From: Octopus vulgaris
Taxonomy: Eukaryota
Direction of reading: 5' to 3'
Length of the DNA: 64,000 nucleotides
NCBI GenBank assembly: GCA_951406725.2
Contig: OX597821.1
Coordinates: 15,438,001-15,502,000, forward strand
The stretch's first letter is position 1. The number at the start of each line of letters is the position of its first letter. The position numbers and the translations under genes were made by a program. The notes under the pieces are model-generated. The model was not told the origin of the DNA, did not search any database, and saw nothing but the letters and a program-made list of their open reading frames with translations. Positions 14,241 to 27,264 of the stretch are shown here, in pieces.

Positions 14241-15093
14241 ATTCATATACACTCCTAAAAACTATGCATAAATTCATAAATATCTATATATATATACGCA
14301 GATAAATACCAACATATATTTAATGTTATTTGATACGAAATTTATAATTTTACTCCCTACATAAATGTGACCAACTTGAAACATTTCCAAACAGATGCCC
14401 ATCGTTAATTTCTTTATGTTCTGCCGTAACATTATTTTAAAACTGCCCCAGACAGTGAAAGTATCAATATATAAGTAGAATCTGCGTGTAACAGCTTTAG
14501 TAAACACGTTCGCGAGCGCTCACATACATAATGCTTCGTTAAATTACTTATTATTTACGTTTATATATGCTAGTCAATGATGTAGTTTCTCCTTCGCCGC
14601 TTTCGACTACATACTCTCCTTTTTCATACACTCCTTCTTACATACAGACCCACACACACACATATGTACACGTACACAGACGTACATATATATATATATG
14701 AGTACATACATGTATACCAGTGTGTATACTGACATATAGGTAAACGCGCGCACACACACACACATTCACACTAAACAAACACATTGGTTTCACTTCTCCC
14801 TTCTTGTTGTTCATACTATTTGTTTCTTTTATGTGTATACATTTTCTTCTGACATGGAAGAACGTCTGGTCCTGTATGATACCTCTATGTTTAAACACAC
14901 ACACAGGCATACAGACACAAACATATATATATATATATACGTATATATATATATTTAGAGACATCTACACTTATATTTATATCTCATGTATATATATATA
15001 CATGCACATATGTATACATATATATATGCATGTATATGTATATATATATAAGATACACAAATATAAGTGTGGATGTGTGTATGTATATATGAA

Positions 15094-15286
15094 AGGGAAC
15101 GGCGGTTTATGGGATTACTCTGGGTTTCCCATCCATAAAGGGTTTGTGTTTATGGCGTATCGTCAGACCACAAAATCTGTTGACTTAAGTCTTGGGTAAA
15201 CAGGTTTTGGGATCTGGTAATACGCTATAAAGTTAAATCGTTTATGGACGGGAAAACCAGGGTAATACCATAAACCGGCAATCCCC
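15094..15286. mobile_element. Whole-length fold-back MITE, ~190 bp
   Basis: Arms such as CGGTTTATGGGATTACTCTGG..CCATAAA and TTTATGG..CCAGGGTAATACCATAAACCG pair around a central GACTTAAGTC. Confidence 0.75.
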
Positions 15287-15287
15287 A

Positions 15288-15321
<34 letters not shown>

Positions 15322-15326
<5 letters not shown>

Positions 15327-15835
15327 AGTACGGAAAAGTTCAATGTAACAATTTTAAATTAAATTTCACAATATATAATATATGTATATTTTAGAGTAAA
15401 GATGTTATTCACACCATATAGAAAACATATTCTATAAACAATCTTATTCTAAATCAATAAAGTACAATAAATGGTAAATAGTAGGAGAAAACTACGCACG
15501 TTTCATGGTTATATTTTCAAATAGATAATAATAATATCAATTCTATTGAAAATTAAATCGAACTAATACTAATTCTACTTAAAAATATAGTCAATCATCA
15601 GGTTTAAGATGATAAATAATAAAAATAATAATAAAATAAATGTACTTATCTTAAGTTATACTAATTATCAAAATAATTAACTGACAAGCAAATAGATTTT
15701 ATTTTTGCTACTATTTACTATTTATTGTACTTTATTCATTTCAAATAAGGTCTTTTTATAGCATATGTTTTCTATATGGAGTGAATAATATCTTTCTTTA
15801 TTTAATTTTATTAATAGTGGTTTGTCTCTAAATTA
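15322..15835 (-). mobile_element. (TA)n-embedded PLE pLTR-like element with ~93 bp inverted arms
   Basis: Arms at 15398-15491 and 15703-15795 with a hammerhead motif in the spacer. A related copy lies at 37570-37815. Confidence 0.65.
15489..15605 (-). ncRNA. Type I hammerhead ribozyme motif with long stem II
   Basis: Minus strand reads AAAC-CTGATGA-ttgactatatttt..aaaatataaccat-GAAAC-GTGC-GTA-GTTT. Stem I is AAAC/GTTT, the core is canonical and the cleavage triplet is GUA; the base of stem II has mismatches. Confidence 0.65.
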
Positions 15836-15929
15836 TATACACACATATATATATATATGCATAAATAAATAAATACAGACATATATATAGACATACATAA
15901 ATAGATATATGCATGTATATATATATATA

Positions 15930-15992
15930 TACATATATATGCTTGTATTTAAATATATGTATATATATATATATATATTATATATATATAAA

Positions 15993-16023
<31 letters not shown>

Positions 16024-16036
16024 GCTTGTATTTAAA

Positions 16037-16073
<37 letters not shown>

Positions 16074-16212
16074 TTGTATTTAAATATATGTATATATATA
16101 TATATATATGCATATATATATATATATATACACATATATATGCTTGTATTTATATATATGTGTGTATATATATATATATATATGCATATATATGCTTGTA
16201 TTTATATATATA

Positions 16213-16274
<62 letters not shown>

Positions 16275-16290
16275 TATGCTTGTATTTATA
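15930..16290. repeat. Minisatellite: six ATGCTTGTATTT units separated by variable (TA)n
   Basis: GCTTGTATTT recurs at about 15941, 16024, 16072, 16142, 16193 and 16278. Confidence 0.85.
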
Positions 16291-16460
16291 TCATCATCAT
16301 CATCATCATCGTCGTTTAACGTCCGTTCTCCATGCTAGCATGGGTTGGACGGTTCGACCGGGGTTCTGGGAAGCCAGAAGGCTGCACCAGGCTCCAGTCT
16401 AATCTGGCAATGTTTCTACAGCTGGATGCCCTTCCTAACGCCAACCTCTCCGTGAGTGTA

Positions 16461-16461
<1 letters not shown>
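16291..16461 (-). mobile_element. RTE-type 3' end (LINE or RTE-mobilised SINE) with (ATG)n tail
   Basis: (CAT)n-CGTTTAACGTCCG start on the plus strand, and a GGATGCCCTTCCTAACGCCAACC motif typical of RTE-associated 3' ends. Confidence 0.6.
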
Positions 16462-16507
<46 letters not shown>

Positions 16508-17361
16508 AATAGATACATGCATTTATATATATGTATATATATACACACATTCAGGAATAGATATGTGCATGTATATATTTATATACACATATGCATTTAT
16601 ATACACAAATACAAACACACACACACACACATATATTCATATGTATTAGCCTAGTCATAGATTGAGTTCTTTATGATAGATCTTAATCGGACAAATACAT
16701 ATTCGTCATCTGAACAATATTGAAGTATGTATTGTTTACCCCAGATTAAATTTACTGCTCTGTGTTAACGCATAATCATCTCTTCAGTCTGCTTCTGAAA
16801 ATCTCTCCTTAATCAATGTCATTACATATATATATGTATGTATGTATGTAAGTATGTATGTATAGGTTTATGTTCATATGTGTATGTGGCCATGTGCATG
16901 TGCAGGTGTGAGTTTCCTATGCATAGTCACTGTGCAAATATAATCAATGCAAAATGAAAAAGTGAAAGATAATACAAGGCTCAAGAACGAATGATTATAT
17001 TTTATGTGTACGCACACACGTGAATTCTCTGTCGCACAAATCTACTCTATTTGCTTGTGCGCCTATGTGTGCGTGTGTGTGTGTGTTTGTTACTGTGTGT
17101 GTGTGTGACTGTGTTTGTATATTAATAAATATATATGGAGAAAAAGAAACAAAACATTTACTTTTCACTCAAGATATTCCACCAGTTTTAATCATTGTAA
17201 GACGATTTAAACATGCTGTAAGAGGTTGGGGAATATATTTTGATAAACAAAATGATATTAGTTCGGGAAAATGATAGTAGTTCGGGAACATCACATGTTT
17301 TGTTTGCTATTTACAATATTCACATGATGCTAGTGTCAAGATTCTTATGCTTGCTGGGTCA

Positions 17362-17363
<2 letters not shown>

Positions 17364-17406
<43 letters not shown>

Positions 17407-17939
17407 TATTACTACTATTATTACAATTATTATTATTATCATTAATATTATTATTATTACTACTATTATTACAATTATAATAATAATAATTATTATTTTA
17501 ACTATTATTACAATTATTATAATTATTATTATTATTATTATTATTACTATTATTACTACTATTATTACAATTATTATTATTATTATCATTAATATTATTA
17601 TTATTACTACTATTATTACAATTATAATAATAATAATTATTATTTTAACTATTATTACAATTATTATAATAATTATTATTATTATTATTATTACTATTAT
17701 TACTACAATTATTACAATTATTATTATTATTTATTATTACTATTATTACTACTATTATTACAATTATTATAATTATTATTATAATTATTATTACTATTAT
17801 TACTACTATTATTACAATTATTACAATTATTATAATTATTATTATTACTACTATTATTACAATTATTATTATTATTACTATTATTACTACTATTATTACA
17901 ATTATTATACTTATTATTATTATTATTATTATTATTATT
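17364..17939. repeat. Compound (ATT)n array with a ~147-bp higher-order repeat
   Basis: Marker variants ATCATTAAT (17438, 17585) and TTTTAACT (17496, 17643) are each 147 bp apart. Confidence 0.85.
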
Positions 17940-18495
17940 GAATGAGAGAGCAGTGCATGCCATCAAAGTGACACAGGCGTAAAATGTACGAAGCCCAATA
18001 TACCTATGAGGACAACCCGTCTGATAAGCGCACACCAGGCAATGCATCACAACCATATGTGCGTGACAGGGTGATTTGATATCAAAATAAACAGCGCATG
18101 ATATTACAGGTGGGGTCCAGTTAGAACTTTCTTCAGGTTGAGTAGTCCGTCCAACTCAAAATGTTGCTGAATAAGGTTTGTTTAAGGACGATGAACAATA
18201 TATCCATGTTTCCAGAAGTGAATTATTCAAACCTTAAAGAATTCCTCTACTCACATGGCTATAATTCTCCCCCACTACTTCTGCTCATGATCAGTGATGC
18301 ACATATCGTCAGCCATTAAGGGACATGCTCAATTGGTTAAGGTCAAGCATCTGACAAGCAAATCTGTGGTATTGAGCAGAATATTTGCTGTAGCCCATCT
18401 TTTATACCAAGACAAAACAAAGTACATGAAAACACTTCCAATCAGTTAAGATCAACAGCCATGCGAGCCAGTGGCTGGTACTGCATCAGGGCATT
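17940..18495 (-). mobile_element. Probable LINE 3' UTR or interspersed repeat with (TAA)n tail
   Basis: A GC-richer block bounded by trinucleotide arrays with no ORF; the class is inferred only. Confidence 0.35.
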
Positions 18496-18536
18496 TATTA
18501 TTAATATCATTATTGCTGCTGCTGTTGCTGCTGCTG

Positions 18537-18587
<51 letters not shown>

Positions 18588-18620
18588 TTATTATTATTAG
18601 TAGTAGTAGTAGTAGTGGTA
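18496..18620. repeat. Compound trinucleotide repeat (GCT)(ACT)(ATT)(AGT)
   Basis: Read directly. Confidence 0.95.
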
Positions 18621-18757
18621 ACAATTTTAACAGCGGCAGTATTCTTATACAGTGGTGTAAATGTTGTTATTAAGTAACTGTAGCTAATAGTAGTAGCAGT
18701 AGCAATGGCTGTAGCAGTAGAAGAGGTGGCTATATATACACACAAACACACATTCAG

Positions 18758-18818
<61 letters not shown>

Positions 18819-19525
18819 TATTTCATGTTTTCTAATCCAAAGGAAAGTGGAAGATGCTACCCAACACATGATGGAATTTATAACAATTTTTTTGCCCTCA
18901 ACGATCATACAACTGAAAACCTGCTGGGGGCGAAACACGTGTACTGATTAAAATTTGAATTTAAAGAGATATTTGTGCACACACGCGCACACACACACAT
19001 ATACATACAACGTATATGCGTACAGGAGCATATGTATATATATATATGAGTGTGTGTGTGTGTATGTATACATCTCCTAATATGTTGTTTTGAGAGGGAA
19101 AGCTTTTGGATGGTAGTAATCGTTTGTTCAGTAACGAGGTTATTTAGGTTTGATCTGTGATTAGGAATCACAATAGTGAACTTGTTCAAAGAGAATATTA
19201 TGCTTGTTGATTAGCTAAAGTTCAACTAGGATTCTATACACGAGTGCGCAAGGAGGTTCCATTTATATCTATCTCAACTTTTTCCACATATATTTTATTG
19301 ACGAGTATGTTTTTCAAAGCAATTTTATGACTTTCAAGAATATCATGATCCCGTTTTTAGCAGCTTATGTGACCTGGCACACAATCACTCACTGGTGCAA
19401 TATTTAAGAGATATCTGTGTAAACCAAACATAGGTAATGGCAATAGTATTAATTTTATTACTAACTTTAGTTTTACAATGTCTTCGAAAGAGAGTTCAAC
19501 TTAACATATATATATATATATATAT

Positions 19526-19918
19526 TACTCTTTACTCTTTTACTTGTTTCAGTCATTTGACTGCGGCCATGCTGGAGCACCGCCTTTAGTCGAGCAAATC
19601 GACCCCGGGACTTATTCTTTGTAAGCCCAGTACTTATTCTATCGGTCTGTTTTGCCGAACCGCTAAGTGACGGGGACGTAAACACACCAGTATCGGCTGT
19701 CAAGCAATGCTGGGGTGACAAACACAGACACACAAACATATACACACACACTTATATATATATACATATATACGACAGGCTTCTTTCCGTCAACCAAATC
19801 CACTCACAAGGCATTGGTCGGCCCGGGGCTATATTAGAAAACACTTGCCCAAGATTCCACGCAGTGGGACTGAACCCAGAACCATGTGGTTGGTTAGCAA
19901 GCGACTTACCACACAGCC
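19526..19918 (-). mobile_element. SINE family A
   Basis: Near-identical to 141-543. Confidence 0.92.
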
Positions 19919-20018
19919 AATATATAAAACAAATATGGCATAGAGCTTGAAAGTGAAACAGAGTGAGGAGGAAATATCTAGATTTAGTAAAACTGAGCAC
20001 AATCTGAAAATAAATGTG

Positions 20019-20186
20019 CAGTAATCCATCGACTATAGCGTGTGCTACGTTCCAAGACTACCCGTAACAGGAGAAAATCCGCGAAGTAAAAACGGTACTG
20101 TACTGAATATATATATATACATATACATATACATATAGACATATATACACACATATATATAGACATATATACACACACATATATAT

Positions 20187-20241
<55 letters not shown>

Positions 20242-20344
20242 CATACACATACATACATATACATATACATATACATATATATACATATACACATATATAC
20301 ATATATATACATATACATATATATACATATACATACATATACAT

Positions 20345-20378
<34 letters not shown>

Positions 20379-20512
20379 GTTCTTATAATTTGTATATATT
20401 TCTTTTATTATAAATGCAAAACAAAACCACAGAGGAATCGACGTAAGTTTAAATAATAAACCGTGATAGGTGAACCCTGATAGGTGAACCGCGATATGGT
20501 GAGTGATTATTG
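20019..20512. mobile_element. Pogo/Tigger-like MITE with internal microsatellite
   Basis: Imperfect TIRs CAGTAATCCATCGACTATAGCG / reverse complement CAATAATCACTCACCATATCGCG. The right end is followed by TA. Confidence 0.55.
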
Positions 20513-20989
20513 TACCACACTTATATCCTTTAAATATCACTTTATTGTAGCTTATAACTTCTGGATGAATCTTAATATCTTCTAAACGAATAGCAATACT
20601 TTAAATCAAATTTCATTAATACGTATAGGTGAAATCTATTTTCTAAGCAGTTATAAAAATGTTGAGGTTTGGCATCTTAAAATCATGTTTGTGTTTCTGT
20701 GTGTGCGCGCGCACGTGTTTCAAGATTTCCTCTTCTGAATGAACATACTATACGCTTTTTTTCATGCATCAACAGGATCTCAAAAATATTCAAAAATATT
20801 AACCCCATTAACTAAAATCACCTTGTATGTGTGAGTCTTTTGACACTTTATTATGTAACATTATTAAACTTGTATTTCCTTTTATTCGGAACAGGTTAAT
20901 TAAGAATATTAAAAGTCGTTTTTTATTCATATTCGAACCCTTCCCCAAAAAACATTATCGATTCACTGCCGTTGTCATCTTCATCCTGT

Positions 20990-21418
20990 GATTGCGTGGG
21001 AAGACGTTGCTTCCCAATCACATGGTCCCGGGTTCAGTCACATTACGTGGAGACTTAGGCAAGTGTCTTCTACTATAGCCGCGGGTCGGCCAAAGCCTTG
21101 TGATTGGATTTGGTAGACGGAAACTGAAAGAAGTTTATATGTATGTGTGTATATATATGTGTGTGTATATACATATATATGTATGTATATGTGTGTGTAT
21201 GCGTGTGTGTGTCTGTCGCCCACGACCGACTGACAATCGCTGCTGGCGTATTTACGTCGCTCTAACATTATTGTTTCGACATAAGCGACCGATAAAGTAA
21301 GTACCAGGTTTTAAAAAATAAGTTCTGAGGTCGATGCATTCGATTAGAATTTCAAGGTGGTGCCCTACCATACACGCAGTTAAATGGCTGAAACAAGTGA
21401 AAGATAATAGGAAAGAGA
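20990..21418 (+). mobile_element. SINE family A, diverged
   Basis: CATGGTCCCGGGTTCAGTC..GGCAAGTGTCTTCTACTATAGCC..GATTTGGTAGACGGAAACTGAAAG. Confidence 0.8.
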
Positions 21419-22078
21419 ATATATGTGTGTGTATGAGTGTACATATATATAGCAATGCAGCTTACATTATTACATAAATAATATATAATTATAGTTATTA
21501 TTAAAAAGGAACGTGTGTTGCTCTTCTCCGTAATTTACAGCCTTCGGGTTTATTTATAAATATATATATTTTCTAACAAGAAAATTTGATTAATTTTTTT
21601 TCAGTATAAATTACTTTTACTGCTCTTCATACGAGGGTCAACAGTTTTTGTCAAAAATTCCTTGAAAGTTTACATGCAGATTATAACTTGTTTTAGCATC
21701 TTAATTTCGTAATATCATAAAAGAAGTCTTATTTGCTCAATATTAGCTTGATAAAGTGTAACAAGATTTACTTTCTAATATAACTATCTAAACTTACACT
21801 TCATTATCTTTAAATAAGGTGAATCTCTTGGCTTCAGAGTTAGGCGTTTACCTATAAAAAAACTTTGTAGTTACGCCGTCTGTTTACTATCCAATAAACC
21901 ATGCTATATTAATTCGTTCTGACAGAATTGATTACGAATAATTTCAGTGCATGTTGTTGTCTGCGATAATAATTGAAATAGCATAACTAGATTTTGAAAT
22001 GATTGTTCATTTATTTATTAATGTACATCAATATTTTCATTTGACGTATGCACGCACATACATAAACATATATATATA

Positions 22079-22628
22079 CGAGCAAAACGCCCCTCGTCCA
22101 ATTGACGGTGCTGAATCATATCTGCTGAATAAAACGCAATCACTGTTTTCTTTTCACTAAAAAAATAATAAAGCATGCCTTTATTTCAATAAAATTTTTG
22201 GTTTTGTTAAACGAAGTTAAGGCACAAAAAAACTTCTTGAGAAACCAAATAGTCTTTCCTTCCTTCATGCTAAGTTTGAAGAAAATATCTCTTTTGCATC
22301 TTACTTTTTTGGTCTCTTAAATATACTGCATTTGTGGCATTAATTCAAGCCAGCCGGCTTTTTTTGCACAACCTGCATGTGCATTTTTCTCGCGGACGCA
22401 TAGTATCGATCGCAATAGCTGATGTACTTGCGTGTACAAATGGACGTTCCCACGGCTTTATCGATCGCATTCTCACCTGGAATCGATTTTTGTAATTGTT
22501 TTCAAGTCGTATACACGCCCTGATACCGTCGGTATCTACATATCAAATTTGAGTGCAATCGGATGGAGGATGCCCGAGACCCTAGAAGACACACACACAG
22601 ACAGACAGAACGAATTTTATATAATAGA
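22079..22628 (-). mobile_element. Non-autonomous Helitron-like element
   Basis: Minus strand starts A|TCTATTATATAAAA followed by (CTGT)n/(TG)n. It ends with a subterminal hairpin CGTC-AATTG-GACG and CTCG|T (CTAG-like). No TSD. Confidence 0.65.
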
Positions 22629-23192
22629 TATGTCGTTAACATACTTTCTCTAAATCTGTCCTTTACTCATTAACCACACTTTTCTTTAAATTTAAATCTT
22701 ATACTAAAATGACGGTCATGGGGACGATAATGATGATGATGAAGATGACGATGATTATGATGATGGTGGTGGTGATGATGATGATGGTAGAAGTTATAAG
22801 ACTTGTACATTATCTAAAATAATTCATTGTTTACCTACATGAACGCAGCTTGTACAACTAGTGTATTTTACCTGAACACTAACGTTAAGCATTATTATCT
22901 AGGCACTGGAAATGTTAGGAAATTATTAAATATAATCAGAAAAAAGTAACAATTAATGAGTTTCTATTGCATGTATTTGTATAAATGATCTTAGGTATTA
23001 TATACTGAATTGCATAAGCAAGATAAACACAATTCATTGAAACGGGATTTATATTTTGCAGAATAATGTTAACAAAAAAGTAACAATGAAATTCCGTGGT
23101 AAATTTTTAGAGACTTGCATGCCACAATAGAGATAATTTCAATATAATTAGGTGTGATGATTTACAACGTGTGCATACAAATACATGCTTAC

Positions 23193-23269
<77 letters not shown>

Positions 23270-23445
23270 TGTGTACACATACACACACAGACACTCAAAC
23301 ATATACATACGTTATTTTTATTATTTCCATAAAGATATTTGCAGGCACCATTCATCTTTGAAGCTGCAACTGTTCTTTTTATTCTCTACCCTGCATAAGA
23401 CAGTTCCTTATATTATTACTATTATTGCTGGTGGTGGTGGTGGTG

Positions 23446-23517
<72 letters not shown>

Positions 23518-23518
<1 letters not shown>

Positions 23519-23722
23519 GGTGATGCGCTGGCAGAATCGTCAGCACGCCGGAAAAAATACTTAGCGACATTTCATTCGTCTTAACTTCCGAGTTCACATT
23601 CCACCGACTGCAACTTCAACTTTCAACCTTTTGCGGTCGGTAAGATAAGTACCAGGTGAGTACTGGAGTCGATGCATTCCAAACCTCAAAATTGTTGGTA
23701 ATGTGCCTGAGTAAGAAACATT
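23518..23722 (+). mobile_element. SINE family C
   Basis: Head TGGCAGAATCGTCAGCACGCCGG..GAGTTCACATTCC and core GATAAGTACCAG. Related copies lie at 770, 31160 and 39140. Confidence 0.7.
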
Positions 23723-24156
23723 ATTATGATAGTAGCAGTAGTAGGAGGAGAAGGAATAGCAGTTGTAGTAGTGGTAGTAGTAGTTTGTGGGGTGTTATTA
23801 TAATGGCTTTATGATCATTGTGGTTATAATTACATATTTCCATCAACAAATTTTCTATTGCTGTCATCATGCTATTTTAATGTTCTTTATTTCTCTCTGT
23901 TATCGACCAAATTATTGCATTTTTAAAATAATTTTCATTGCTACCTTGGCAGTGATGGCTGAATCAGTTATGATATATATTTCGTACCTCACGTTCTTTA
24001 AACCAGATGAATTCCATTCGAAAGTCTTTTATATTCATAAAATTCGTGAATTAACTATCAGTAAAAATAATTTAGGAATAATCCTTCTATTCTTCATCAT
24101 CACTCGTGTTATTATACTAACAATATCTATCTGTCCGTCTCTCTCTCTTTCTCTCC

Positions 24157-24245
<89 letters not shown>

Positions 24246-24340
24246 CATACATACAGGTAGATAGACAGATAGATAGATAGTTAGAGAGATAAAACTTACT
24301 TGGAAGAGAACGCGTTGCGTTCAATCATATAATATTATAC

Positions 24341-24387
<47 letters not shown>

Positions 24388-24444
24388 ATGTATATATGTA
24401 TATACTTACATTTATACATACATATACACACACACATACACACA

Positions 24445-24685
24445 CAACACACACACACATAGGCATATGTGGGCACAGGACTTCACGAAACGTGTGCAAC
24501 AAAAATGTACGAGGTACGAGTACATGGAATATGAACTATTTTTTCGAACAATGAAAGACACAAGTAGAAAATAAGACAAACAGCACAAAAACGACCCTTC
24601 ATCGATTATTGGCTGTTTTTCGACTGCCGTATTTCGACACTTGCCTGCGACCATTGTGTGTCACCGATTTGAAAGATAATCGAAC
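24445..24685 (-). mobile_element. Short microsatellite-abutting element, probable PLE terminus
   Basis: Loosely similar to 26205-26300 and 63300-63445 (TA-ending, T-rich). The assignment is inferred. Confidence 0.35.
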
Positions 24686-24689
24686 AGAT

Positions 24690-24985
24690 AATATATCCTG
24701 GAATTTATATTCTTTTAAGCCTTGTATCTACTCTATCGATCTCTTTTGTTGAACGCGAACACACCAACGCCGTTCTTGGTGGTAGGGAGTACACTTAAAC
24801 GTATACATAAATATATACAATGGGCTTCTTTCTGTTTCCTTTCACCAAATCTACTGACAAGGATTTGGTCGGCCCTAGGCTATGTTAGAAGTGACTAGCA
24901 CAAAGTACTACGCAGTGGTGTTGAACGAAACCCAAAACCATGTGGTTGAGAATCCAACTTCTCACCACACAACCTTGCCTGCGCC
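24690..24985 (-). mobile_element. Degraded SINE family A
   Basis: CCAAATCTACTGACAAGG..GGTCGGCCC..ACCATGTGGTTG. Confidence 0.65.
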
Positions 24986-25074
24986 TGTACCACACAGCCA
25001 TGTGTGCTCTTAAATATATATGTATGTATGTATGTGTGTATGTATGTATTTATATTTTGTATGTGTGTGTTTTT

Positions 25075-25221
25075 TTCATTCTCTCTATTTATTTCATCTT
25101 CTTCCTTTCTGTAGAAGACCCTAGGCTCGAATCGTAAAAATACCATTTTTCCCGAGCGTCAAACTAATACAGTTGCTTGTTCTTCCAATACCTGTCTTTG
25201 TTTTTCTATAAATTTCAAATA
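25075..25221 (+). mobile_element. Degenerate hammerhead-bearing PLE-like terminus
   Basis: TTT-CTGTAGA-A-GACC-CTAG-GCTC-GAATC-GTA-AAA. The downstream CCCGAGCGTCAAACTAATAC is shared with 35371. Confidence 0.5.
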
Positions 25222-25771
25222 CTGGGTTTTTCAAAAACAATGAACCGATTTCCTTTCGCAATATTTTAATATGGAAAAACAATAGAAAACTCCAGTTAAG
25301 TCAAAGGTATTTACTCACAATCAACTTTTATTGCTTGTCTTACAAGTATTCAATGTGACCACTACCTGCAGCAAGGTCAACATCGATGTGATACGAGAAT
25401 TCCTCCCGGACACGTATCTGCTTGGCCTGCAGGATCCTAGACTTCACCGTGTTTGATCTTTTTCTTGTGGGTACATGTAAAAGGTCGCGTTTATATTCCA
25501 TTGTTACCCGCGAACCTCGATGACCTTAAATATAGAATAACAATAGCGATCATCTTAGTGGATAATGATATGCTGATACGCGTCTTGGATGAATACTCTT
25601 ATCGCATTGATGCTGCCCGTACTGCAGGTGGTGGCCACATTGAACACTCGTAAGACAGGAAATAAGAGTTGATTGTCAGTAAATACTTCTGACTTTGCTG
25701 GAGTTTTCTGTTGCTTATCCTTATTAGAATATTGCGTAATAAAATCGGTTCATTCTTTTCGAATAACCTTG
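25222..25771. mobile_element. Tc1/mariner-derived fold-back element built from two transposase 3' ends
   Basis: TA-flanked with long imperfect TIRs. Peptide FFLWVHVKGRVY..LDDLKYRI..GGGHIEH is preceded by a degenerate WP..SPD.TP region. Confidence 0.8.
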
Positions 25772-25802
25772 TATATACATCCATTCATACATACATGCAT
25801 AA

Positions 25803-25886
<84 letters not shown>

Positions 25887-26003
25887 ATATATATGTATAT
25901 GTATATATATATGTCTATATGTATATATATATGTCTATATGTACATATATCTATATATATATATATGTATATATATATGTATATGTATATATATGTCTAT
26001 ATG

Positions 26004-26038
<35 letters not shown>

Positions 26039-26117
26039 GTATATATATATGTATATATATGTATATATATATGTATATATATATGTATATGTATATATAT
26101 GTGTATATATGTATATA

Positions 26118-26160
<43 letters not shown>

Positions 26161-26204
26161 TTACATATATGTACATACCTACATACATGCATATACATGT
26201 ATAT

Positions 26205-26300
26205 ACGGGTACAGGATATCAAAAAACGTTGAACACAATGAGAAACGAGAACATAAAAACATAAACATGGAAACCTGAACTCCGATGCCTTTAGAAGGGA
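26205..26300 (-). mobile_element. (TA)n-abutting PLE-like terminus
   Basis: GTACAGGA..ACGTTGAACACAATGAGAAACGA is the reverse complement of 63398-63440. Confidence 0.5.
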
Positions 26301-26679
26301 TCCTTCCACAAAACAAAGAAAAGCTATAAGAGGGACGAAGTTGTGTGGGTATAGAGGCAACTGTGCAGATAAGCAGAGATACATCAAATATATCAATTAT
26401 ATTACATTATTTACATTATTTAGATTTGACGGATATTTGTCCTCATCTTTGTTGTTGACACAAATATATTAGTTTGTGTATGAAAAACACGAAGTGTATA
26501 TTTAATGTACGTAATATATTTAATATATTTGATGTATCTAATTTATTTAACCGCATAACTATATCTCTCTTTCTATATATATGTGTGTGTGTGCGTGTAT
26601 GTATGTGTGTGTGTGCTTGCGTGTATCTGTCTGTATATGTGCATCCATAAAACTGGAGAAGTACCCAACCGATTGGCAG

Positions 26680-26842
26680 GTTTCCCTCAGTTTCCGTCTA
26701 CCAAATCTATTTGCAAGGAATTGGTCGGCCCGACGCTACAGTAGAAACTGTCATGCATTGGGACCCAAGATGTCACGCAGTGGGACTGAACCTGGAGCCA
26801 TGTGTTTGAGAAGCAGACTCCGTATCACACGGCCACGCCACA
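26680..26842 (-). mobile_element. SINE family A head fragment
   Basis: CAGTTTCCGTCTACCAAATC..CACGCAGTGGGACTGAACC. Confidence 0.7.
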
Positions 26843-27060
26843 TGTACACATCTTATTCCTTACTCGTTTCAGTCATTATCCTTGGCCATGTTGGGGATAC
26901 ACAATAAGTCTTTAGACGAAGAAATAGTGCGCAGTGCTTGTTTTTAAACGTAGTAGTTACTGTATCGGTCACTTTATATGGAGTACGTAAAAAAACCACC
27001 ACCAATTATCGAGTGCCTGTGAGGGGCAAACTGAAACACACTCAAACACACTCCCCGTGA

Positions 27061-27264
27061 CCTCGTGAGTACCGCTGGCGATTTTGTTTCCTCTGTCTTC
27101 CCTTCTCGGGATCTTTCCTTCTCCTATGTTTCCGACGAAGAGCTCCGCTCGAAACGTTAAACCCTCCTTCTTCCCTTCTTTCCTGAGCGTCCAATAATAC
27201 TTTATTTGTTCCACGTCCTCGCGTTGTTGTGTTTTTTTGTTTTTTTGTGTTTTCTTGTTTGGAT

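Noticed and set aside
17240-18056. Poly-I/Y/N ORFs of 233 and 109 aa
   Set aside because: Trinucleotide array artefacts.
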